NCBI GenBank assembly: GCA_030747695.1
Contig: JASLKG010000007.1
Coordinates: 2,261 to 66,260, forward strand
DNA from: Candidatus Poseidoniaceae archaeon
GTDB taxonomy: Archaea > Thermoplasmatota > Poseidoniia > Poseidoniales > Poseidoniaceae
Reading direction: 5' to 3'
DNA length: 64,000 nt
The position numbers were made by a program, and so were the translations under genes. The notes beneath the pieces are model-generated. The model did not search any database. It was not told the DNA's origin and was given only the letters and a program-made list of their open reading frames with translations. Shown here piece by piece: positions 1-11,200 of the stretch. Positions within the stretch are counted from its first letter, which is position 1; each line of letters begins with the position of its first letter.

Positions 1-790
1 GTTCGTATGCAAGAACAGAACCAGTCAGGTCGTTTCGGTTGCCATTCATTGCCGAAAGCCACCACATAGGCTTGAAAGCTACAACTTTCTTCACACGGAT
101 TTGGTCATGAATCGTCCTGCTTAACTGTCCCACATCTTCCAGCCGCCCCTCTTCTAGGAATTCTAATATTTTCCTGTTCCATTCGTCATCTTTTAGTGAA
201 TGAATTCTATCTTCATGAGGTTTGATAGGTTCTGTAAACATTCTATTGGATAAACTCATTACGGATACAGCTACAGCTTTCTTTCCGAGTTTGTTTATGG
301 TATCTAAACATGCTTTAGCAAGTACTGTAGTTTCTGCTCTATTTGAGTATACATTTGTTGAACAGATAACAGCCGGTATCCTATTGCCGGGATTTAACAA
401 CTCTAGTGCGACAACGCTTCCAACATCAATAGGAAAACCATGGTATGCTACTGTCCTTGACTCAAGCCCACGTTCAGCATTTGCCTCATTCCAAGCATGT
501 GCAAACTCAGAGTCAATTTGTAAATCGTAGTGTATTGAACCAATGTCATGAAAATCAGCATCAACCATTACCCATTTTGGATTTGGATCTGCCTGTATTT
601 GATGTCCAATGACACTTGGCCATAGTGTTGAATATATGATTAGTAAGTCTGCATTAGTTTCTTCGATTTCTTTTCTCGCATTATCAAAAGCATCTCGGAC
701 TTTTTGCCACCCTTGGTTTTTCTCTGGACACAATACAGGGTGGGGGTGTGCAGGTACAATTAGTGATTTGACAATCTCTCCTGTCATCAT
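1..790 (-). CDS. LigB-family (class III) extradiol dioxygenase, alpha-like second subunit; its 3' end runs off the window start
   Basis: Not in the ORF track because there is no stop in the window. My translation of the minus strand from ATG at 790 reads MMTGEIVKSLIVPAHPHPVLCPEKNQGWQKVRDAF..ADLLIIYSTLWPSVIGHQ..IHYDLQIDSEFAHAWNEA..VAYHGFPIDVGS.. and stays open to position 1. Its layout is paralogous to the upstream 328-aa ORF. It shares an ATGA stop/start overlap with that ORF at 787-790. Confidence 0.6.
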   Translation of the reverse strand, partial: MMTGEIVKSLIVPAHPHPVLCPEKNQGWQKVRDAFDNARKEIEETNADLLIIYSTLWPSVIGHQIQADPNPKWVMVDADFHDIGSIHYDLQIDSEFAHAWNEANAERGLESRTVAYHGFPIDVGSVVALELLNPGNRIPAVICSTNVYSNRAETTVLAKACLDTINKLGKKAVAVSVMSLSNRMFTEPIKPHEDRIHSLKDDEWNRKILEFLEEGRLEDVGQLSRTIHDQIRVKKVVAFKPMWWLSAMNGNRNDLTGSVLAYE

Positions 791-1773
791 ACATCTCCCC
801 ATTTGTAGCATGGCCATTCCACAATAGCATTACCAGTTCCAATAATTGTCCCATAGCCATGTAATGTCGCTGGTTGTTTAGGCATACCCATGGCTGACAA
901 TATCCAAGTGAAGGCACCCCCGTCGGCTTCTGCAATTGCTTGTTCACAAAATTCTGGCATTTCGTTGACAATTTGTTGAGACTTTCCCTGTTTCATCAAA
1001 TCAATCATTCTCATATCCCATAGGTGCATCGCATGGCTCGTGATGTGTTCTTTACTCATATCTTCAGGAGGATTAGTTTCGGTTACAAAGTGCCTATGTG
1101 AGAGAGAATTTGAAGCTAAAAGCAAACATTTCTTTCCACTTTTCTCAATCGCTTTAGCAGTGGATTTACCAAGTTCTATCATCATTTCTTGCATAACTTC
1201 AACTGAATAATAAGAAAGGCTTCTATTGGATGAAATAGAGACAATTGGTTTGTCCCATTCTGGCCTTACCATGTGGCATGAGACTATCGTGCCGTAATCA
1301 ACTCTAAAGTCGGGGTTTTCCATCATCTTCACGGACATGCCCTTAGATTTTGCTTCATCATGAATTGAACGTGCGAGTTCAACATCAATTTGTAGATCAT
1401 AATTAAATCTAAACAAATTTGGAAATACCGGATCAACACTTTTTGATTTGCAGTGTTCTACTCCAATGAAGTGTGTGCCGACATATGTCTGCCAATGGGG
1501 AGATAAAATTACAATCACATCATAATCAACATCTTTTATTGAATCACGCAGTCTCTCATATCCCCAACGTAGTTGTTCCCATCCACCTTCAGACTTTGGT
1601 TCATTTTGTTCAGGGTTTTCTGCATATACTAAGTGAGGAGGGTGAGGAGCGAGGCATCCTGCAACAATACTACCTTTCCCCATGGTTATGCCAAAAGGTT
1701 CCGCACCTTCTATCATTCGGCTCCATCTGGGGGTGTTATGGGCGAAGAAGTACATGACCCCCAATTCCGCCAT
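787..1773 (-). CDS. LigB-family (class III) extradiol ring-cleavage dioxygenase, catalytic beta-like subunit (AmnB/LigB-like)
   Basis: Motifs GCLAPHPPHLVYAENPEQNEP, SPHWQT, RVDYGT and ASNSLSH are typical of the LigB/AmnB family. The family N-terminus suggests the real start is M31 (MGKGSIVAG, position 1683) rather than 1773. Confidence 0.7.
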   Translation of the reverse strand: MAELGVMYFFAHNTPRWSRMIEGAEPFGITMGKGSIVAGCLAPHPPHLVYAENPEQNEPKSEGGWEQLRWGYERLRDSIKDVDYDVIVILSPHWQTYVGTHFIGVEHCKSKSVDPVFPNLFRFNYDLQIDVELARSIHDEAKSKGMSVKMMENPDFRVDYGTIVSCHMVRPEWDKPIVSISSNRSLSYYSVEVMQEMMIELGKSTAKAIEKSGKKCLLLASNSLSHRHFVTETNPPEDMSKEHITSHAMHLWDMRMIDLMKQGKSQQIVNEMPEFCEQAIAEADGGAFTWILSAMGMPKQPATLHGYGTIIGTGNAIVEWPCYKWGDV

Positions 1774-2151
1774 GTTTTGATTCCATGTATTGCTGGAATA
1801 ATTCTTGTAATGGTTAGTGCTTCATTGTTTAGAGAGGAATATCCTCCAATGGTTGTTTCTATGGTTCTTGGAATATTTGTTTCACCAATATTGGCGATGA
1901 TAACTAAGCCTGGAACTATTTGGGAATATTCTTTAGGTGTAACAGTTGTTTGTTTGCCTGTTGGAGGGCTTTGGATGCTTGGTTCAAGTTATTGGAATGT
2001 TGCTCTAACATTTATTTTGTGGGCTTGGGCAAGTGCAAAATGGCAAAGCACAACTAACCCTCCATTTAAGGTTGGGATTTGGCATGGCTTTGGCATGTCA
2101 TTTTCAATAGTACCTGGAGCAATATTATTCGGCATCATTTTCGGTTCTTAG
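1738..2151 (+). CDS. Small polytopic membrane protein (4-5 predicted TM helices), unknown function
   Basis: The ORF-track frame is 1633..2151. Its hydrophobic segments are VLIPCIAGIILVMVSASLF, MVVSMVLGIFVSPILAMI, LGVTVVCLPVGGLWMLG, VALTFILWAWA and GMSFSIVPGAILFGIIFG. The start is uncertain: ATG 1738, TTG 1777 or ATG 1810. The first 100-140 nt of the tracked ORF overlap the dioxygenase gene. Confidence 0.45.
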   Translation: MGEEVHDPQFRHVLIPCIAGIILVMVSASLFREEYPPMVVSMVLGIFVSPILAMITKPGTIWEYSLGVTVVCLPVGGLWMLGSSYWNVALTFILWAWASAKWQSTTNPPFKVGIWHGFGMSFSIVPGAILFGIIFGS

Positions 2152-2181
2152 AGGATTTTTTTCCTCAACAAACTATGTATG

Positions 2182-2201
2182 CTTCGCGCTCGTGCGCGAG
2201 G
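2182..2201 (+). promoter_or_regulatory. GC-rich hairpin ending 2 nt upstream of the ATG of the giant gene
   Basis: CTTCGCGC-TCGT-GCGCGAGG forms an 8-bp stem with one G:U. The 3' arm contains GAGG (SD-like), and the ATG is at 2204. Confidence 0.4.
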
Positions 2202-2203
2202 GT

Positions 2204-5200
2204 ATGCGCCTAGTTTCCTGTAAGAATACTGCCCTTTTATTGACATTAATTATGGTCCTAATGCCCATGACTCCATTTGCTGATCAAGACTTCAATCAAG
2301 CAGATCGCAATGAAAAACTCAATGAAGAAATCGTCATGAGTACCGGTAATACCGGAAATGCTGATTCGATTGCATTCGGATTACAGTCCGGATGTGCTAT
2401 TGGCGCATCTGGCAACATCAAGTGCTGGGGTGACGGTAGTGAAGGTCAACTCGGCCTAGGTAATACTCAGAACATTGGAGACAGTACTGACGAAACTGGT
2501 ACAGATCTCCCGTTCGTAAACCTCGGAACTAATGCATCGGTGGACAAGATTGTCATGGGCGAAGACCACTCTTGTGCACTATTCACCAATGGCTCAGTCA
2601 AGTGCTGGGGAGAGTCATCTGTGCTGGGACTAGGTTATTCTTCAAGCAATGGCGGCTTCGGTGACGGATATCTCGAAACTGGCGACACATTGCCGTTCTT
2701 GCAATTACCCACTAACCGACATGCTACAATGATTGAAGCTGGAAAGAGCCACACCTGCGCTGTTATGGACAACAACGATCTAATCTGTTGGGGAAACAAC
2801 TCCAAGGGACAAATTGGTATTGGAGCAGTTAGTTCAAGCGAGTCAGAAATATTTGGAGATGCATCTAATGAAATCGGAGACAACTTCTACGTAACAAGCG
2901 TGCCTACTGGACGCACTATCGACAGCATGGCATTGGGTTGGGATCACACCTGTGTAGTCTGGGATAACTACAGCGTATCCTGCTGGGGTGGCAACGACCA
3001 CGGACAACTCGGATTGGATTCAACAACCGACATCGGAGACGGTGCAGGAGAGATGGGAGACAATCTGGATTTCATAGATCTTCCAGGAACCGCTAGCGCA
3101 ATCACTGCAGGTGATGGATTCACTTGTGCTATCGTTGACGACAGTGGAACTGACAAAGCATTCTGCTGGGGATTGAATGACTTTGGACAACTTGGAATCG
3201 AATCTACAACAAATGTTGGAGATGGCTCTGGCGGTTCTATGTCTTCTATCAGTAATGCTGATTTGTCTGAAGAAGTTCAAGCAATTGATGCTGGTGAAGA
3301 CCACGTTTGCGCCATTGTTCTAAAGGGTTCTTCTTACAGACCGGTTCAATGCTGGGGTAACGGAGCAGATGGAAGGCTAGGATACGGTAGCCAAGACAGT
3401 CGAGGAACTGGCCCTGGTTCCGCTAGCGGAATGGGTAGTAACCTGCCTTATGTTCGATTGAATTCAGGAAACACACACTACGCATATACAGCGACTGATA
3501 TCGAAGTTGGCGCTGGAACAAGTTGCGTCATAAAGTATCAAGGTAACAATGACATCATTTGTTGGGGAGACAACGGAATCGGACAACTGGGTTACGGAGA
3601 TACTGAAGACCGTGGAGATGGTCAAACCGATCTACCATTTGTAACTGAATTAAGCCTAAAACTTGATGAAGAAGGCATGGAGAATTCATGTGAAATCCTC
3701 GGAGTTCCAGAGCATCGAACTGGACTTGACAAGAGATTAGATACTGATTCTAGCGACACTGGCGACTTGATTTCGATGTTTGAAATCCCAACCACTGGAT
3801 GCCCTGCAATTGCATACTATGATTCTGGCAGTGACAACCTCAAATTCGCGGCATACGATAATGGAATGTGGTCTGTAGAAACCCTAGGTAGTTACACACG
3901 AATCACAGATATTGACCTTGTAGTTGATTCCAACGGCATACCCCACATTATGCACCTGAATGCAACTTATAATATGGGCGATAATGGTGAACCGGTTTAC
4001 ACAACTAAGACAAATGGAATTTGGACTGAGAGCACTTTGCAAGGAGGCACTATCACCACAAACCTATCTCTATCAATTGACTCTAGTGATTCGATTACTC
4101 TCACAAGGTATTATGAGACCGCCATTCCGTCATACACATTTGCGAGAGACTCATGCTCAACAGATTGTGGAACTTGGTCGAACTGGAACCAAGATAGCAA
4201 TATAAATCAAGATACGGCTTACTTCGAGACTGCTAATGGCCATGAGGTTTTCATCGACAATAGCCAAAATGGATTATACTACCGCCCTGGATCTGGCACA
4301 TCACCATATCTTGTATCTCGTGAAGTATCCCAATCTGACACCTACATGGTGGCAAGCATCGATGCTGCTCCTGATGGAACAGTCGGGATCGCTCACACAA
4401 ACGATACAACATACAAGACCTATTTCTCATACTGTTCAAGCACATGTTCAACACTATCCTCTTGGACAACTGAACTTGTATCTACTGACACTTCTAGCGA
4501 GGTAGTATTGCAATATGATGCCGATGGAACACCTTGGATTCTACTTACCCACAACACAACAGGTGCAACCTTGTTCAAATCGGATAATGGCCAATGGGAT
4601 GGACAAGCAATATCTACATGGCCAGGTGCAGCTGATTCGTTTGGAATGATCATTAACTCTGCAGGATATATATTCACTTCTCTTCACTTGGTCAATCCAG
4701 GAGAATTGTGGGCAGTAACTAATCCTGCAATTGCAGGCGCAGGTTTGTATATAGATGCTGATGGAGATGGTTGGACAGGATTGGAGGAACTTTCCTGTGG
4801 AACAGATCGTATGGTTTCTTCATCCATTCCAGGTGATTTCGATGAAGATGGCCGTTGTGATCGCATGGATACTGTCAACAGCCTACCTTCAGTAGGAGAT
4901 TCCAGTGTTCTTACTCAAGGAATGGATTTCGCTTGTGCAATACTTGATGATGGAGAAATCTACTGTTGGGGTGACAACACATACGGAAAATTAGGTGGCT
5001 CGGGCAGCAGTGCTTCATGGCCTACTGGATTTGAAGCAGTAGATGTTGATGCTGGAGAAAGCCATGCATGTGCACTTTCTTCAGCAGGTGAGATTCTGTG
5101 CTGGGGAAGAAATAACAAGGGACAAATTGGCATTGGTTCGACTTCTTCTTCCGAAAATCCAACTCTTCTAACTCTACCTAATAATCACGTTGCAGCCAAT

Positions 5201-8200
5201 CTTGCAGTAGGTGCAAATCACAATTGTATAACTACAACCACTAGCCAGATTTACTGTTGGGGAGATGGAGAAGATTCTCAAACTGGAGAATATTATGTTC
5301 CAGATACATCTGCTGGATATAATGATGATTTTGAAGCATCAACTGCTGCTTCTTTCTGGACTTTGGAAGGTTCTACTGGCACATTTGGCGATCAGTGGGC
5401 GCTGGACTCTACCGATTCTTCTTCAGGGTCTAATTCATTCAAATCAAGTGGGCATGTCTCAGGTTCCGATGTAGGTTTTTCAATAACTAAAATGTTCATG
5501 AATGGTACTGTTTCCTTCGACTACAAGACGGCTACCTGTCCCAATCTAAACAATTGTAATGACAAATTGTTATTCACTATCGATGGAGATGAAATCAATT
5601 CCACGAAGGGACAAATGAGCAATTGGGCATCATTCAACACCAGTATTGACTCAGGTATGCATACGCTTCGATGGTCTTTTGTTAAAGATGGACAATCTAA
5701 CAATGATGGAGGAGTGGGTAGCGATTATGTCGCAGTTGATAATATTCAAATCCGCACAGGATTCAGAGTTGAAAGTGGCGGTATTGTAGATTCGCCAGAA
5801 GTGATGAGCTTGAATCTTGGTGGCCTTCCTGAAGAGATTGTTGCTGGAGAAAGACATACTTGTTTAACTAACCACTTAGGTGAAATTTGGTGTATGGGTT
5901 ACAACGGTGGAAGCAACAGAATGGTACTTGGAAATTCAAGTACAACTGGGGCGAATTCTTCATCACTTGTGCAGGTAGACATTGGTTTCGGCACCAACTC
6001 TGTAGGAACTGTAACTGCAGGATATGACACTTCTTGCGCTATTTTGGATAACAGCACTCAAGCAGTATGTTGGGGTCAAAGAGACGATTGGAGCGATACA
6101 GGAGGTAGCACCCGATCTGGTGAATTACTCCTAGGTTCATCTTCTCCATCTAATAGTGGAACTGTAGCTGACTTAGGTTTTTCATACGATGATGATTTTG
6201 AAGCAGCAACAATTTCTTCCGAATGGACTTTGGAAGGTTCAAGTGGACAATGGGCACTAGACACGACCGATGCTTCTTCCGGTACTAATTCATTCAAGTC
6301 GAACAACCATGCCACAGATTCAAACATGGGATTTTCAATAACTAGGACGTTTACAAGTGGTTCTGTTTCCTTTGATTACAAAACAGACACATGTCCTAAC
6401 CTAAACCAATGCACGGACAGATTGGTATTCACTATCGATGGAGTTGAAATCAATTCCTCAAAGGGACAAATGATCAATTGGGCATCATTCAGCACCAATA
6501 TTACCGAAGGCGAACATACACTTAGGTGGAGCTACCTCAAAGATGGACTTGCTGCAAATGATGCATCGGGTGACGATGTCGCAGTAGATAATATACAAAT
6601 TCGAACAGGAAATAATGACCGAATTTATTCAATTGCTATGGGTGAATCTCATGCATGTGCTATTGTTGAAAATACTATCCAGTGCTGGGGTGTAGAAGAA
6701 TCCGGTTCTTTTGGACAAGGCTCTAGCACGACTGCAGCATATAGTACGCCACAGACAATTTCTGTACCTTCTGGATGGACTGCAAAGCAGGTTGTAATCG
6801 AGCATTCAACAGATTCAACATGTGGTATCTTCGAAAATTCCGTTGGTAGCTCATCAGTAATGTGCTGGGGTGACGAAACTGCAGTTGGATATTCTACTTC
6901 CAATCCAGTTACCGCCATAACTTATATGATACCAGTTGAAGATAGTAATGGTGACGATATCATTCCTTCAGATGATTCAATCTCCCCTTATGATATCGTA
7001 GACTTACAATCTGGTTCCTCCCACACATGTGCATTATCCCGTCAAGGATTGATTAAGTGCTGGGGATCAAATCAACAAGGGCAATTGGGCATAGCTGGGC
7101 CTGGGTGGAATACGATACGACTTGGAGATAATGCCAATGAAATGGGCATCAATTTGCCATATATCGATTTAGGAGCAAATGTAACTGCAACACAAATTAG
7201 TGTAGGAATGAATCACAACTGTGCGATTGTGCAATCTACTACAGATAGTAGCATGAATGGAAAGGTCATGTGCTGGGGCCACAATAATAAGAGACAAACT
7301 CTCCTCACAGGTTCCGCTGCCGATCATGAACCTAATCCTAGGTTAGTCAACGCATTTGGTAACGATGTTGTTAAGATTGCAGCGGCAAACGAAGTGACTT
7401 GTGCATTAAAGATAGATGGAGAAATACATTGTATGGGCCGTGACTCAGAACGAGCAATTGGCACGACAAGTAGCTATTACGGCCAAGGACCTGCGACTAC
7501 GTTAGAATTCTCTTCTTCTGGTAAATTCATAGATTTGTATGCTTCATCTCATAGCGCTGGTGCAATGTGTGCAACTTCAGTTAGTGGAGCAATCAAGTGT
7601 TGGGGTCAAGGCTCTTACATCAGTCAGACTAGTGTAAATCCAGTTGTATTTTATGACGTCAATGGAATCATAAGCTCAGATTTATCTTTTGGCGAGCAAC
7701 ATGCTTGTATGGTTGTAGGTACAACAACTCAACTGCATGAAACTACTTCTCCATTGACAAATGCAGGTGACATTGTATGTTGGGGAGACAACGCATACGG
7801 AAAATTAGGCATTGGTTCAACAACGGATTTGGGAACTCATAACAATATACTGACGGCTAGACCAATTGATTTCAATGGAACAAAAATGACTTATGTAGAA
7901 TCAAGCATACATCACAATTGTGCAATCTCTGTTTCAGGAGAGGTATATTGCTGGGGAAGCGGTAGTGATGGCAAAATTGGTTATGAAAATACAAACGCTA
8001 TTGGTGACGACACTAATGAATTACCATTCCTAAACGCTGTCGTTTTAGAAGGTAGTGCGAAGTTACTAGCTTTAACCTCTACATCGACTTGTGCTGTGAT
8101 GACTGACAACGAAGTCTACTGTTGGGGTGATGGGAGTTCCGGAAGAACTGGTCATGAAAACTCAGTCGACATAGGAGGGTCCTCGAATCAGATGGGGGTT

Positions 8201-11200
8201 TATCTTGCCCCAACAGATTTGCATATGCGTCCAACCGATTTCGATTTAGATGGCACAATAGACACCTGGGATACTGATGACGATAATGATGGCGCCCTAG
8301 ATGTGGATGATGATTTTAGATTAGACCCATGTGCTGTATTGGATACTGATTCGGATGGAATGCCTGATTTGATTTATCCAAATTGCACAACTACTTTAGT
8401 TGAAGATTTGGATGATGATAATGACAATTGGAACGATACTGTCGAAGAAGCGTGTATCACAAATTCAAAGGATTGGGCAAGTATACCTCGTGATTTAGAT
8501 GCCGATGGCACCTGTGATACTATCGACACTGATGATGATGGTGATGGTTGGAGTGATGTTGATGAACAAGCTTGTGAACGTAAGGAATGGGGTGAGAGAT
8601 ATCTTACAGCACAAAGCAATAATTGGGGATACGGATTCATGTCAGGCTACGGTACAGGAGTTGTATTCTTACCAAATGATCATGGCCATTTATATCAAAC
8701 ACTTGGATTAGACAATAATGCAAGGCAGTTGTGGATCTACGGATTCAAGGAATCTGAAAGCTACGTGTTACGAGATGACATCTACAATACCGGTGGTTCC
8801 CAACAAGGATTTGATTACGAAAGTTATGGCCAGGGTGTTTATGTTGTCAATGATGAAGAATTATTATACCTAAATTATAATTCAAATGTTAATCACGTTT
8901 CGAACTCGCCAAGTGAGATTTATACATTCGATATCACTCATGTTGACCAACATCATGACCTATCAATCTCATCTGATGGCACAGTATACATGACTACTCA
9001 TGACATGATCGTAAGAATTTCTTCAAGTGGCGAAACTGAAATAGCGTACCCTTCTGGCGTGAGTAATTCTACATCGGATGCATCTTACAAACAAATAGCA
9101 GTTGATTCAAACGGCGATGTTCATTTGCTAGCCTACCACGAGGTCGCGTCTCGAATTTATACTTGGATATATGACACTAGTTCAGAGTCTTGGAATTCAG
9201 GCATAGATTCAGGCTCAGGTTCGGTGAGTGATGTCGGACCGGGACGCTCATCATTTGCTGTTGATTCAAGTAACCAACCACATCTTGCACTCATGAAAGG
9301 GTCCTCAGCTACAGATTCTAACTCTTATTTAACTTACCAATTCTATGACAATTCAGGTTCGAATTGGGTTTCAAGGTTTACAGATCAAACACCAAGTGGT
9401 TATAATGGAATCAGTTTAGAATTAGATTCTAACAACGATATACATTTAGCATGGGTTGACAATGGCAACAAATCACTATACTACACCAAGTTGTCATCTA
9501 CATCAAATGCTCAAAGTACAACACTAGTCCAGACTGCCAGCGGCAGCAATAGTTACTGGGATACCAGCCACAAAAGTCTGGAACTGACAATTGGGGCTGG
9601 AGACGATCCATGGATCTCTTGGTCACCTTGGCTGAGAAGTTACAACCAATACAACAAGTTACTTCACTTTGGGACAGTCACTGACAGTTCCTTGGACAGT
9701 ACAGTTTATCCTGGCGATCATGATGGCGATGGAATATGTAACATGCTTGAAGTTGCTACCTTAGATTATGGTTCTGATAGTCTAATCTTTGAGATGGAAA
9801 TGAGTGTTTCATATGCACCTGAATATCCGGCAATGATGCCAACAGGTGTTGCAATAAGTCCGTCACTACCAGCTGGTTTGACACTTAATACGACAACTGG
9901 AGAAATTAGTGGCCGTGTAACAAGCACAGATTTCATTGGCTCTACTTACACTATTTCAACCACTTCTGACGTTGAGGCATGGAATGATAGTATTACAATC
10001 AAATCTACTATGGAAAATCCATTATACACCGGTTACCAGACACTGTTCACTAATAGTTATAGTGACCAAACATCTGCTAAAACAGCCTTCGCAGGTAATG
10101 GTGAGATCGTTACTTTGGAGAGGTATACCTCAACCAGTAGTATCCAGGTAGATGGCGTTGATGCAGGAGGAAATCATGACAATAATGATATTGTTTTGAG
10201 CATGAGAGATCCCACTGGAGATTACATTTGGGCCAAGAGCATTAGAGGAAATACATTCTACATTGAAGATGTTGATGTCGACGACAATGGTAACATTTAC
10301 GCATTATTCCAAGCCACTGCTCATAGTAGCGACCCTGTTGTATTCAATTTCGATGGAGTGACGATTGACAATAACGGAAAAGAAACTGTTATTCTTGCAA
10401 AATGGGATTACTATGGAAATTTACAGTGGGCAATCAATACTGAATCTACAGGTACTTCAACAGATGGCGATTTAGCATCAATATCTAGGAGTAGTGACGA
10501 TGAATCTTCAGAAATGGACTTAGATAAGTCAACTGGCGATGTTGCAATTATCGCTAAAGGAAGGGCTGTCAATGATGATTTGAAGTTCGGGGGCATGCAA
10601 ATTGGACCATTTGGAACTTGTCTATCTACTATCCAACCTTGGGTTGCGAAAGTCAACACAAATGGACAAGTCCAATGGACTTCAGTAGGTAAATCCGACC
10701 CAACTAATTGCAGGGCTACTGATGAGCATCAAGTTGTTTTGCATCATGATGGTTCTGTAACAACTGCGGGACATGTTAATCCATCCAGTAATGGCCAATG
10801 GGATTATGACTTTGGGTCTTCTTCAGCCGCCTACTCAGGCGGAAACTATGCTGCGCGCGCTTCATCTTGGATTGCACATGCAGACTCCTCCGGAAATTGG
10901 TTATGGGCAGAAAATGTGACAACAGAGAGTTCCCATTCATCAGAAAGTTACGAACATTACTTTACAATGGACAAGTATAGCGATGATACTCTATTCTTCG
11001 CATATGTAAGTTCCCGTCAATATTGCACGGATCTTGAATTCGCTGGAAGCTCGACCGGTTCGATGCCAACACAGATCAACAGATTTTGCTTACATGTAGC
11101 AACTATGAACCACACCACCAGTGATGTTATTTCACTTGAAACTCGAATTGGGTATCATTACACTTCAAATACCTTCAGAAGTAATTCGATTTATTCGGCA

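Noticed and set aside
222-971. Track ORFs 222..530(+), 609..827(+) and 684..971(-)
   Set aside because: They overlap the two LigB-family genes on the minus strand, which have recognisable family motifs. These ORFs have none.
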